From the NCBI GenBank assembly GCA_965248495.1, contig CBDFJL010000003.1, forward strand, positions 121,079-185,078: DNA of 64,000 bases, in the 5' to 3' direction. Under the pieces are notes generated by a model, which was not told the DNA's origin, did not search any database, and saw only the letters and a program-made list of their open reading frames with translations. Origin of the DNA: Dehalococcoidia bacterium. GTDB lineage: Bacteria > Chloroflexota > Dehalococcoidia > Lucifugimonadales > Australimonadaceae. Below, piece after piece: positions 55,913-64,000 of the stretch. Position 1 is the stretch's first letter. Every line of letters begins with the position of its first letter. A program made the position numbers and the translations under genes.

Positions 55913-57661
55913 ATGTCAACGATCGACACAACCACCGACGGCTCATTAGTCACCACGCGGCCCACCCGACCTCAGCGGTACCCCGCCAACGCTCGCTGGT
56001 GGAGCGGCGACCGACTGCTGGCGTGGCTCGCAGGCCTCCTGCTGGTCGCGCTGGTGGCGGTGCCGATCGGGATGCTGGCCTTCGCATCGGTCCGCGGCCC
56101 GATTGGGGCGTTGCCCATCCAGTCTCGGGCGTACTTCACGCTGGATCACTACGGCGACGCCCTCCTGCGCGTCTCCAGCTGGCGAATGGCGATGGACACC
56201 GGTATCTACACCGTTGGCGCCGTAGTCCTCGCGCTCCTCTTCGCGCTGTCGCTGGCGTGGCTCACCGAGCGCGTCCGCATCCCGTGGCCGAACCTCGCCG
56301 CGGCCCTCGTCGTTCTGCCCTTCCTGTTCCCTCCCTCCAGCATCACGAGCAGCTGGCTAAGCCTATTTTGGCCCCGCTCCGGCTCGGTGAACGTCTTTCT
56401 GCGAGAGAACGTATTCGACGGCCTGTCGCGCGGGCCCTTCGATCCGGCGACCCTCCCCGCGATGATCCTGGGGCAGGCGCTGTTCATCACCCCCATCGCC
56501 TATCTCATTGTGGCTGCCGCTCTGCGCAACATGAACGGGTCGTTGGAGGAGATGAGCGCCGCGTGTGGTGCGAGCCCCCTGACGACGGTCCGGCGCATCA
56601 CCCTTCCGATGCTGATACCCGCACTCCTGACCGCAGGCGTCCTCGGTGTCTGGTTCACGATGGACTGGACGGACGTGCCGTTCGACCTCGGCGCCATCGG
56701 CGCCGTGCGTCTGTTCAGCGTCCGGCTCTACTTCCAGACCATCGGCAGTGTCGGGGGCTTCCCCAACTTCGGAGGTGCAGCGGCACACGCGATGCTGACC
56801 CTGCTGCTGCTGGCCGCGGTGTTTGCTCTCTACGCACGACTCACACGCCACAGTGCGCGCTATGCGACCGTCGGCATCACCGGCGCCCGGCTCTCCCGTT
56901 GGGGGGTGGGGCGTTGGACCACGCCCCTTTTGGCGGTGGCCGTCTTTTACGCCTTGGCGATGTGGGGCGCTCCGCTGTACAACCTGGCCAGCGGGGCCAT
57001 CGATGGAGGCGGAGGCGCCCTCACGGGCGTCCTGACGAGTGGTAGATTCTGGTCAGCCACCGCCAACTCAATGATCGTCGCCTTCGGCAGCGCGACGCTG
57101 GGCACAGCGCTGGTACTGTTGGTGGCGTGGGTGGTCGTGCGCACCGACAACCGAGTCCTGCGCGGGCCGCTGGACCTCCTGGCCACTGCGCCGTTGGTGG
57201 TCCCGGGGCTGCTCGCGGCTTCGGCTTTCCTACTCGTCTACCTGGTGTTGGACTGGTTGCCGCTATGGGGCACGCACCTAGGAGTGCTGCTGGCCCTATC
57301 CTACCGGCTGGCGATTCCGTACCGGCTCACCAACGTCGGCATGCGACAGGTCTCGCGCGACATGGATGACGCGTCGGCCACCAGCGGAGCCACGCCCCTC
57401 GTCACCCTGTCGCGAATCATCGTCCCCCTGCTGGCACCGAGCATCGCGGCGTCGTGGATCATCTTCTTCGTCTTCGCCATCCGCGAGCGAACGATCATTC
57501 AATACGTCGCTTTCCAGGTACGGACGTTCACGACCATGGGACGGGTCTCCAGCGAGCCGGGGGCTGGGGCGGTGGCGGACCTGCTCATGATCCTGATGGT
57601 GGTTGCGGTCGTCGGCGGCGTTGGGTACCTGCTCCGTCGGTGGCAGCGAGGGGTCCGGTGA
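55913..57661 (+). CDS. Divergent ABC transporter permease (AfuB/FbpB-like)
   Basis: LAWLTERVRIP, NMNGSLEEMSAACGA, DMDDASATSGA. Start uncertain (55883 or 55913). Confidence 0.88.
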   Translation: MSTIDTTTDGSLVTTRPTRPQRYPANARWWSGDRLLAWLAGLLLVALVAVPIGMLAFASVRGPIGALPIQSRAYFTLDHYGDALLRVSSWRMAMDTGIYTVGAVVLALLFALSLAWLTERVRIPWPNLAAALVVLPFLFPPSSITSSWLSLFWPRSGSVNVFLRENVFDGLSRGPFDPATLPAMILGQALFITPIAYLIVAAALRNMNGSLEEMSAACGASPLTTVRRITLPMLIPALLTAGVLGVWFTMDWTDVPFDLGAIGAVRLFSVRLYFQTIGSVGGFPNFGGAAAHAMLTLLLLAAVFALYARLTRHSARYATVGITGARLSRWGVGRWTTPLLAVAVFYALAMWGAPLYNLASGAIDGGGGALTGVLTSGRFWSATANSMIVAFGSATLGTALVLLVAWVVVRTDNRVLRGPLDLLATAPLVVPGLLAASAFLLVYLVLDWLPLWGTHLGVLLALSYRLAIPYRLTNVGMRQVSRDMDDASATSGATPLVTLSRIIVPLLAPSIAASWIIFFVFAIRERTIIQYVAFQVRTFTTMGRVSSEPGAGAVADLLMILMVVAVVGGVGYLLRRWQRGVR

Positions 57662-57705
57662 GCGATCGGAGCGGGCCCGAGGAGCTACGGCGGGCGGAGC
57701 TTTCC

Positions 57706-59058
57706 CTAGCTCACTAGGCTCCCATCGCTCCCGTGCTCGCGCATCAGGTTCACCGGGACCGGCGCGTGCTGTGGGTCCCACTCGCCGATCGGGGCCCAGT
57801 TCCCTCTTGTCTGGATACCGCGCAGGTTTTTGTGTACGAGCATCCGCCATCGGACGATGATGTAGTCCGCTTTGGTCAGGCGCTCCCGGTTCCAAAAATC
57901 CTCTTTCGCGTACACGTGCTCGAGGTGCGCCCTGCCAAATTGATCGAAGTTATTGAAACCCCATGTGGGGCCGTCCCCGGGGTAGGCCGTTTGGTCGGCA
58001 GGCTCCTTCCACACCAGCGGCCCCAGCGAGGTTGCACAGTCCTCGTGGAACTGACGCTCCTCCTCTTCGGTCGAGCAGTACCGGGACTGCGTAATCATGT
58101 ACATGTGGTGCTCTTCATCCACGGGCACATACCACTCGAAGTGGATCATCCCCGGCTGCGGAAACCAATCCACCTCGAGGCCACATGGCATGAACAGCCC
58201 GACATCGAGATCCACACCGGACGGGGGGTTGTCGGGGTCGACGTTCAGCGCAGTGATCTTGTTGCCCTCGATCTCCGCCTGCCAGACGTTGACGTCAGCG
58301 TTTATTCCGGGGCGCTCGCCCATGAGCTTGACCACGCCCTTCGGCGCATCTCCCGCCGCCTCGTAGACGACGACCGAGTCTTTGTCGGGGGCGTAGGTGC
58401 CCAGGGGCATGGGGACACCCACCTCGGTGACGATCGCGGAGTTCCGGTGCGCGTATATGTGCGCGGCGTCGTAGCCGTTCTCGCATGACAACCGCCAGTT
58501 CGCCCTGATCTGGTGGCGATGCAGGGGGTGGAACTTGAGCCCCGGGTTCCAGAACTTGGGCTGCACGTCGCTTCGGAGAGGCGGAGGAGGCGTCGTGTCC
58601 CCGATGAAGGCGAACACCACTCCATTGTGCTCCTCTACAGGGTAGGTCTTGATCTGTATCTTGTTGATCGCCCTGCTGCCGGGTTCGGTGATGACCTCGA
58701 CCAGGTTGCCGTCGCGTACGTCGTAGGTGAAGCCGTGGAGCCAGCACGTGATCGTGTTCTCGCTGTAGCACTCCGGCTTGCTCGAGAAGCTGGCGCCGCG
58801 GTGCGCGCACCGGTCTTCGACTCCGTACACCTTCCCGGCAGCGCGCTTGAAGTAGATGCGTTCTCCCAAAAGCATTTGGGGCATCATCTCGCCCTCGGCC
58901 AGCTCCCGGCTGAAGAACGCCGGGTACCAGTGGTTGCGCAGGCCGAGCTCCGCCTTCAGGTAATTGAAGTATGGCTTGACGCGCTCGGTCCGCTCAACGG
59001 CGTCCCCAGCGTCGTGAATCGCCAACAGCGCTTCGTCGGTCTCCCGTTCTTTGACCAT
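57706..59058 (-). CDS. Rieske oxygenase R7, carbazole 1,9a-dioxygenase (CarAa) / 2-oxoquinoline 8-monooxygenase-like
   Basis: LGLRNHWYPAFFSREL, CAH...ECYSENTITCWLH, KTYPVEE, NWRLSCENGYDAAHIYAH, PLG, FEWYVPVDE, GFNNFD, IVRWR...N.RGIQT closely follow CarAa. Confidence 0.9.
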   Translation of the reverse strand: MVKERETDEALLAIHDAGDAVERTERVKPYFNYLKAELGLRNHWYPAFFSRELAEGEMMPQMLLGERIYFKRAAGKVYGVEDRCAHRGASFSSKPECYSENTITCWLHGFTYDVRDGNLVEVITEPGSRAINKIQIKTYPVEEHNGVVFAFIGDTTPPPPLRSDVQPKFWNPGLKFHPLHRHQIRANWRLSCENGYDAAHIYAHRNSAIVTEVGVPMPLGTYAPDKDSVVVYEAAGDAPKGVVKLMGERPGINADVNVWQAEIEGNKITALNVDPDNPPSGVDLDVGLFMPCGLEVDWFPQPGMIHFEWYVPVDEEHHMYMITQSRYCSTEEEERQFHEDCATSLGPLVWKEPADQTAYPGDGPTWGFNNFDQFGRAHLEHVYAKEDFWNRERLTKADYIIVRWRMLVHKNLRGIQTRGNWAPIGEWDPQHAPVPVNLMREHGSDGSLVS

Positions 59059-59238
59059 TTCATTAACCTCCGCCGCCGGATAACACGTCGAGGCGAGGTT
59101 ATACCCAGACTGCGCACTTCTCAAACGCGTTCGGTCGGGGCTCTGACACGACGGTTGACCGAACGAGTGCTCCCAGCCTAGCCTAGGCGCACCCCCTCGC
59201 GGGCGCGACATGATCCCCCGCGACCCTACCTCGATATC

Positions 59239-60372
59239 TTGAGGACCACCACCAAGCGCCAGCGATTAGCCGCGAGGGCCGAGCAGCTCTTGGCGTTCGC
59301 CGACATCGAGGTCAACGGGCCTGACCCTTGGGACATGCAGGTCCACGATGAGCGCGCCTTCGCTCGCATCTTCGCGCAGGGCTCGCTGGGGCTGGGCGAG
59401 GCGTACGTGGACGGGTGGTGGGACTGCGAGCAGCTCGACGAGTTCGTCGCACGGTGCCTTCGCCACCAGGTATACCAGCGCCTCCCCCACGGCGTGGCCA
59501 CCTGGGGGTTGTATCTGCACGCTCGCTTTGCGAACCGACAGACCAAGCGCCGGGCGTTCACGGTCGGGGGCACGCACTACGACCTCGGCAATGACCTATT
59601 CGCCGCGACGTTCGATTCCCGCATCACCGGCAGCTGCGGCTATTGGAATGGAGTAGATGACCTGGACGCCGCCCAGGAGGCCAAGCTCGACCTCATCTGT
59701 CGCAAGATCGGCCTCGAACGTGGGCAGACGGTGATGGACATTGGCTGTGGCTGGGGATCGTTCATGGGTTACGCCGCGGAGAAGTACGGCGCGACGTGCG
59801 CCGGCGTTACCGTGTCGCACGAGCAGGTGGCGTATATCAAGGAGCGCTACGGGGAATTGCCCGTGGAGGCTGAGTACCGGGACTATCGCGACATCTCAGG
59901 CGTCTACGACCACGTCGTATCCATGGGTATGTTTGAACACGTGGGGCACAAGAACTACCGGGCCTACTTCGAGACAGCCCACAAGGCGCTCAGAGGCGAT
60001 GGGTTTTTCCTGTTGCATACGATCGCCGGCAACCAGGCGGCGAACCAAATCGATCCCTGGATGGAGAAATACATCTTCCCGAACGGCGTGGTCCCATCTC
60101 TCCCTCAAATCGGGGAAGCAGTCGAAGGGCTCTTCGTAGTAGAGGACGCGCACAACTTCGGCGCCGACTACGACAAGACGCTGTTGGCGTGGTTCGAGAA
60201 GTTTGACCGCAGTTGGCCAGAACTCAAGGATCGCTACGGCGAGCGCTTCTACCGCATCTGGAAGTACTACCTGCTGGTCTGCGCGGGGGCCTTCCGCGCT
60301 CGCCACTTGCAACTATGGCAATTGGTCCTGTCTAAGAACGGCGTGCCCGGCGGCTACACCGCGGTCCGCTAG
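59239..60372 (+). CDS. cfa: Cyclopropane-fatty-acyl-phospholipid synthase
   Basis: GSLGLGEAYVDGWWDC, HYDLGNDLF, AQEAKLDLICRK, DIGCGWG, SMGMFEHVG, KYIFPNG, CAGAFRAR. Confidence 0.94.
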   Translation: MRTTTKRQRLAARAEQLLAFADIEVNGPDPWDMQVHDERAFARIFAQGSLGLGEAYVDGWWDCEQLDEFVARCLRHQVYQRLPHGVATWGLYLHARFANRQTKRRAFTVGGTHYDLGNDLFAATFDSRITGSCGYWNGVDDLDAAQEAKLDLICRKIGLERGQTVMDIGCGWGSFMGYAAEKYGATCAGVTVSHEQVAYIKERYGELPVEAEYRDYRDISGVYDHVVSMGMFEHVGHKNYRAYFETAHKALRGDGFFLLHTIAGNQAANQIDPWMEKYIFPNGVVPSLPQIGEAVEGLFVVEDAHNFGADYDKTLLAWFEKFDRSWPELKDRYGERFYRIWKYYLLVCAGAFRARHLQLWQLVLSKNGVPGGYTAVR

Positions 60373-60473
60373 GGCTGGGCCGATTCCTTTGGGCGGTGGC
60401 GTCCGTCAACTGCAACGAAAGGGGCCCGGACTGTACGTCCAGGCCCCCATTCTTCGCCTTCATGTCGACGCGT

Positions 60474-61475
60474 CTAACCGGCGGGCGCTGCTGCCGCCTG
60501 ACCGACCAACTCAGGATTCTCCTGACGTCGGGCGGACACGCCCGCCCAATCGGCGGTCTTGCGGCTGACCTGGCCGTCGCGGAAGAACTCCAGGAATACG
60601 TCGTTGAACATCTCGGGCTGGTCGGTCTGGCCCTGGTGCCCACACTCGGCCGGGTAGAAGAACTGGACGGTGCGGTTCCCGGCCGCCTCCATCGCGTCCT
60701 CCTGCAGGTACCCGTTCTCCACGGGGCTCAGCACGTCGTCCATCCCGTGTAAGTAGACGCCCGGGATGGTGAGCTTCTCGAAGCGGCCTTTGGTACTGGC
60801 CAACTGGGCTAGGTTCGGATCGTTCGGCACGTTCAGGTTGCCCTCGCGGAAGGCCTTCGACGAATCGGCCTGCAAGTTGGCCGACCGGGTCCTCATCTCC
60901 AGCAGCTCGTCGTCAATGGCGACCTTGCGGTAGATGATGGGCTCCATCATCGCCTTCATGGACGCCGGCGTGCCATCGAAGGAGTTCAGCAAGTTCATAT
61001 CCATCGTGCCGCGCACCCGTTGGGCCGGGTCAACGACGTTGCCTAACCCGCCAGCGATGAGTCCCATGCTGATGACGCGGTCTGGGTGGTTGGTGGTGTA
61101 GAGCACAGCGGAGGTGCAGCCCATGGAGTTGCCACCGATGTGAAAGCGATCGAGGCACAGCGCGTTCACGAACTGCTCGACGAAGTCCACCATGCTCCAA
61201 AGGCCATGGACGGGCCAGTACTCCTTGCCGGTGTCCGATAGGCCGTAGCTCGGCCGATCAGGCGCGTAGACCCGGAAGCCATTGGCGGCCAAGTAGGGCG
61301 CCATGAAGCGCCAGCCCGCCGTGCCCGACGATCCGACGATGCCACCGTGTAGCAGCACGATCGAAGGCCCCGTGTCGCCCGCGGTCACATAGTGCGCGCG
61401 AGCGCCGTTCGCCAGGCGGACCCAGCGGCTCGCGATGCCCGGTACGTGGATGATCCCCTCTTCTGTGAGTGCCAT
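60474..61475 (-). CDS. Alpha/beta hydrolase, meta-cleavage-hydrolase-like
   Basis: LHGGIVGSSG, GNSMGC, HGMDDV, CGHQGQTD. AGGAGG RBS. Confidence 0.88.
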   Translation of the reverse strand: MALTEEGIIHVPGIASRWVRLANGARAHYVTAGDTGPSIVLLHGGIVGSSGTAGWRFMAPYLAANGFRVYAPDRPSYGLSDTGKEYWPVHGLWSMVDFVEQFVNALCLDRFHIGGNSMGCTSAVLYTTNHPDRVISMGLIAGGLGNVVDPAQRVRGTMDMNLLNSFDGTPASMKAMMEPIIYRKVAIDDELLEMRTRSANLQADSSKAFREGNLNVPNDPNLAQLASTKGRFEKLTIPGVYLHGMDDVLSPVENGYLQEDAMEAAGNRTVQFFYPAECGHQGQTDQPEMFNDVFLEFFRDGQVSRKTADWAGVSARRQENPELVGQAAAAPAG

Positions 61476-61636
61476 GTACGACCTCCTCTAACGGATGGGA
61501 AGCAACTTTATGAAGGGAAACTAGCATGCCCTCGGCCGAGCGGCAACGATTCGCGACCGTTGGGGTATCTTGTGGTGCGGGTCGTCGTCTCCGAGGGCAC
61601 GCGACCTCCGACGATCGACCGACAGGAGGCATGTGA

Positions 61637-61828
61637 ATGACGACGCAACGGACGCCGCCCACCAAGGTCCAGTGCCTGCGCTCCGGGCGCATCTTCCTCC
61701 GCGATCAGCTTGGCCTTATCGGGGATGATGTCCGCGAGGTTGACAGTTGCCCCGCGTGCGGACAGGCCGTGCGAGGAACCTACGCTCCCTGCACGCTATT
61801 CCAGGACGTGGATGTCGACGTGACCTAG
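61637..61828 (+). CDS. Small Cys-containing protein (Zn-ribbon-like)
   Basis: AGGAGG RBS; VQCLRSG...CPACG...C. Confidence 0.65.
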   Translation: MTTQRTPPTKVQCLRSGRIFLRDQLGLIGDDVREVDSCPACGQAVRGTYAPCTLFQDVDVDVT

Positions 61829-61955
61829 GTCTGGTTTTCGACTCACCGTGGCCGGGGACCCACCAAGTCGAGTATCGTCCCTCTAACCCGGGCTCTGAGC
61901 CGACTGGCGACGGGCAGGCGTAGGCCACGCTAGCCCGTGCTTCGGAGGTGATCTC

Positions 61956-62849
61956 ATGCGTGTCGGTGTCGTATTTCCACAGACCGAGATCGGGTCAGAC
62001 CCTGGGGCGGTCCGTGCGTACGCTGAGGCCGTCGAGGGTCTCGGTTACGACTACTTGCTGGCGTACGACCACGTACTTGGGGCCGACACCACGAACCGGC
62101 CCAACTGGACCCGCTACTCGATCAAGGACTCCTTTCACGAGCCGTTCGTGCTCTTCGGCTTCATCGCCGGTTTCACGCAGCGCATCGAACTAACCACGGG
62201 CATCATCATTCTGCCCCAACGTCAGACCGTGCTCGTCGCCAAGCAGGCGGCGGAGGTGGACGTTCTCAGTGGAGGGCGCTTGCGCCTGGGGGTCGCGGTT
62301 GGTTGGAACGACGTCGAGTACGAAGCGCTCGGTGAGAACTTCCACAACAGAGGTCAGCGGCTCGAAGAGCAGATCGCCGTTCTGCGGGCCTTGTGGACCC
62401 AGGACTCGGTCACCTTCAGTGGCCGGTGGCACACCATCCCGGGCGCTGGCATCAACCCGCTCCCGGTTCAACGACCGATACCACTGTGGTTCGGCGGCGG
62501 CATGGGTGATGACGAACGAGTGCTGCGTCGCATAGCCCGCCTGGGAGACGGTTGGATTCTCAATCAGCGACCGGACGACGTTGGTCGTCACGCGATCACC
62601 CGCCTTCAGCAGTACGTCAAAGAGGCCGGGCGTGATCCGGCGGACGTCGGGCTCGACGGTCGCGTTGGGCTCGCGGACGGCGTCGAGGAGGCCGCACGCT
62701 CGGCCGGCATCTGGAAGGAGATGGGCGCATCTCACGTCGGCCTCAATACCATGAATGCCGGTCTTCGCTCGGTGAACGAGCACATCGACGCGATCCGGGC
62801 GTTCAAGGAAGCCTTGGCTGCGGTCGAAGCCGGCACGCCAGGCGGCTAA
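61956..62849 (+). CDS. LLM-class F420-dependent oxidoreductase
   Basis: GVVFPQTEIGSD, YDHVLG, FHEPFV, ILPQRQTVLVAKQAAEVDVLSGGR, GINPLPVQRPIP. Confidence 0.94.
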   Translation: MRVGVVFPQTEIGSDPGAVRAYAEAVEGLGYDYLLAYDHVLGADTTNRPNWTRYSIKDSFHEPFVLFGFIAGFTQRIELTTGIIILPQRQTVLVAKQAAEVDVLSGGRLRLGVAVGWNDVEYEALGENFHNRGQRLEEQIAVLRALWTQDSVTFSGRWHTIPGAGINPLPVQRPIPLWFGGGMGDDERVLRRIARLGDGWILNQRPDDVGRHAITRLQQYVKEAGRDPADVGLDGRVGLADGVEEAARSAGIWKEMGASHVGLNTMNAGLRSVNEHIDAIRAFKEALAAVEAGTPGG

Positions 62850-63186
62850 CGCCACATCGGATCAGATCTGCCTCCTCCCCTCGCCCGTGCCGCCGTTGCT
62901 ACGCGGTAGCCACAGCGGGTGTTGCTACGTGGACACCTGCGCCGAGTCGTACGAAAGTCGTGCATCGCGCCACGATCGGGGAACGCGGGCTCCGACCCAG
63001 GTTATCGGGCCTAACGTCGCGAGAACATCAGCTTGTGCCACTCAAGCGACGGACCGAGAGACCTCGGCGAAGCCAGACGCCGGCACGCTCTCTGCGGCCA
63101 GAGCCGCGAGCCAAGATTGGCAAGCGGATAGAGGCCGTGCGAGCTGGAGCGGGGGCCGCGCTGGCCAACCGCGTCGAATGCACCAG

Positions 63187-63561
63187 CTACTGCGGGGACG
63201 CCAGGGCGCGGATCACCGATAACAGCTCGTCTCGTCCGCCGTCTTTCAGGAGGGCTGCGTCGGCGCCTGCGTCACGGCCGCCTTGCAAGTACATGGGGTG
63301 CACAGAAAGGAATAGGACCTTCGTTGCAGGGGCCGACGCCTTGATCGCCCGCGTCGCTTCGATCCCATCCACCCCGGGCATCTGCGCGTCCATCAGGACT
63401 ACTTGGGGTGAGCGTCGGACAACCGCCTCGATTGCCTCGGCGCCGTTGGTGGCCTCACCAACGACATCAAAGTCCTCGTTGGCTGTCAGGATGCTGCTCA
63501 GCCCATCGCGAGCTGCCGCGCTATCGTCAACAATCAACACGCGTATCAAGTCGGCTACCAC
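63187..63561 (-). CDS. Single-domain response regulator (NarL-type REC, no HTH)
   Basis: IRVLIVDD, VVGEATNG, MDAQMPGVDG, LLK. Start uncertain. Confidence 0.88.
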   Translation of the reverse strand: MVADLIRVLIVDDSAAARDGLSSILTANEDFDVVGEATNGAEAIEAVVRRSPQVVLMDAQMPGVDGIEATRAIKASAPATKVLFLSVHPMYLQGGRDAGADAALLKDGGRDELLSVIRALASPQ

Positions 63562-63608
63562 TCCCTTAGACACTGTCCTCACATCCCTTTCACCCTAGAT
63601 CGCGGCCC

Positions 63609-63672
63609 CCGCATCCCCCATCCCCCATCTGGCCGATGCGGGCATCGGCCAGATGGGGGATGGGGGATGCGG
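63609..63672. repeat. 31-bp perfect inverted repeat
   Basis: ccgcatcccccatcccccatctggccgatgc-gg-gcatcggccagatgggggatgggggatgcgg. Confidence 0.95.
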
Positions 63673-63825
63673 CTACGCCGCTGTGCCGGCGACCAATCGG
63701 GGGTTCGTCGCGTAGGCGACATGCCCGCACTGAAGGTACGTTGCGTACAGGCCAACCTCATCGTCGTTGCCGAGCGTCATGTCGCCAGAGCACCGCGTAC
63801 ACGCCTTTAGCACCACGGTTTTCAT
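63673..63825 (-). CDS. Small Zn-ribbon-like protein (50 aa)
   Basis: AAGGAGG RBS; MKTVVLKACTRCSGDM...YLQCGH. Confidence 0.75.
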   Translation of the reverse strand: MKTVVLKACTRCSGDMTLGNDDEVGLYATYLQCGHVAYATNPRLVAGTAA

Positions 63826-64000
63826 TGCTGCCTCCTTACGAGCGGATCGCCGCTGTTTCTCGCCGCCTCGGTGTTCGCAGCCGGGGGTGTCAAGGCCGTC
63901 GCTGCCACCCATTCAGGGACCATTCTTTCAGTCGATCGGTCCGAGTTCCCTATGGCTGTTTGCATCGCCTGAACCTCCGTGTCGCTTGCACCAACACGAT

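Noticed and set aside
59239-60372. cfa as part of a mobile insertion
   Set aside because: No flanking repeats, integrase or transposase were seen.
1-64000. tRNA (including tRNA-Sec), rRNA, IS elements, prophage or defence systems
   Set aside because: No cloverleaf, rRNA-like segment, transposase, integrase, phage or recognisable defence gene was found by inspection.

Overview
GC-rich bacterial window, most consistent with Chloroflexota (Dehalococcoidia/SAR202-like). That is an inference from an archaellin gene, F420-type LLM/DDN enzymes, small Zn-ribbon proteins and PTATP-linker lipoproteins. The window is dominated by paralogous catabolic genes: seven Rieske non-heme iron oxygenases (one CarAa/OxoO-like, six of a distinct Trp/Arg-rich subfamily), seven MFS transporters, three AfuB/FbpB-like ABC permeases with two lipoprotein binding proteins and one ATPase, three LLM oxidoreductases, two 4,5-dihydroxyphthalate-decarboxylase-like proteins and two meta-cleavage-product hydrolases. 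I recognised no Rieske reductase or ferredoxin, canonical extradiol dioxygenase or HTH regulator. Best leads: (1) a tandem DUF427 gene whose in-frame UGA sits at the conserved Cys and is followed by a bacterial SECIS-like hairpin (candidate selenoprotein); (2) the Rieske subfamily with an altered Fe-site motif; (3) a multi-stem candidate leader RNA upstream of the tandem Rieske/ABC operon; (4) an orphan archaellin; (5) a divergent AroQ-like gene with a tandemly amplified 3' end; (6) a 31-bp perfect palindrome. No tRNA, rRNA, transposase or CRISPR array was recognised. All family calls come from motif recognition by eye, not database searches.
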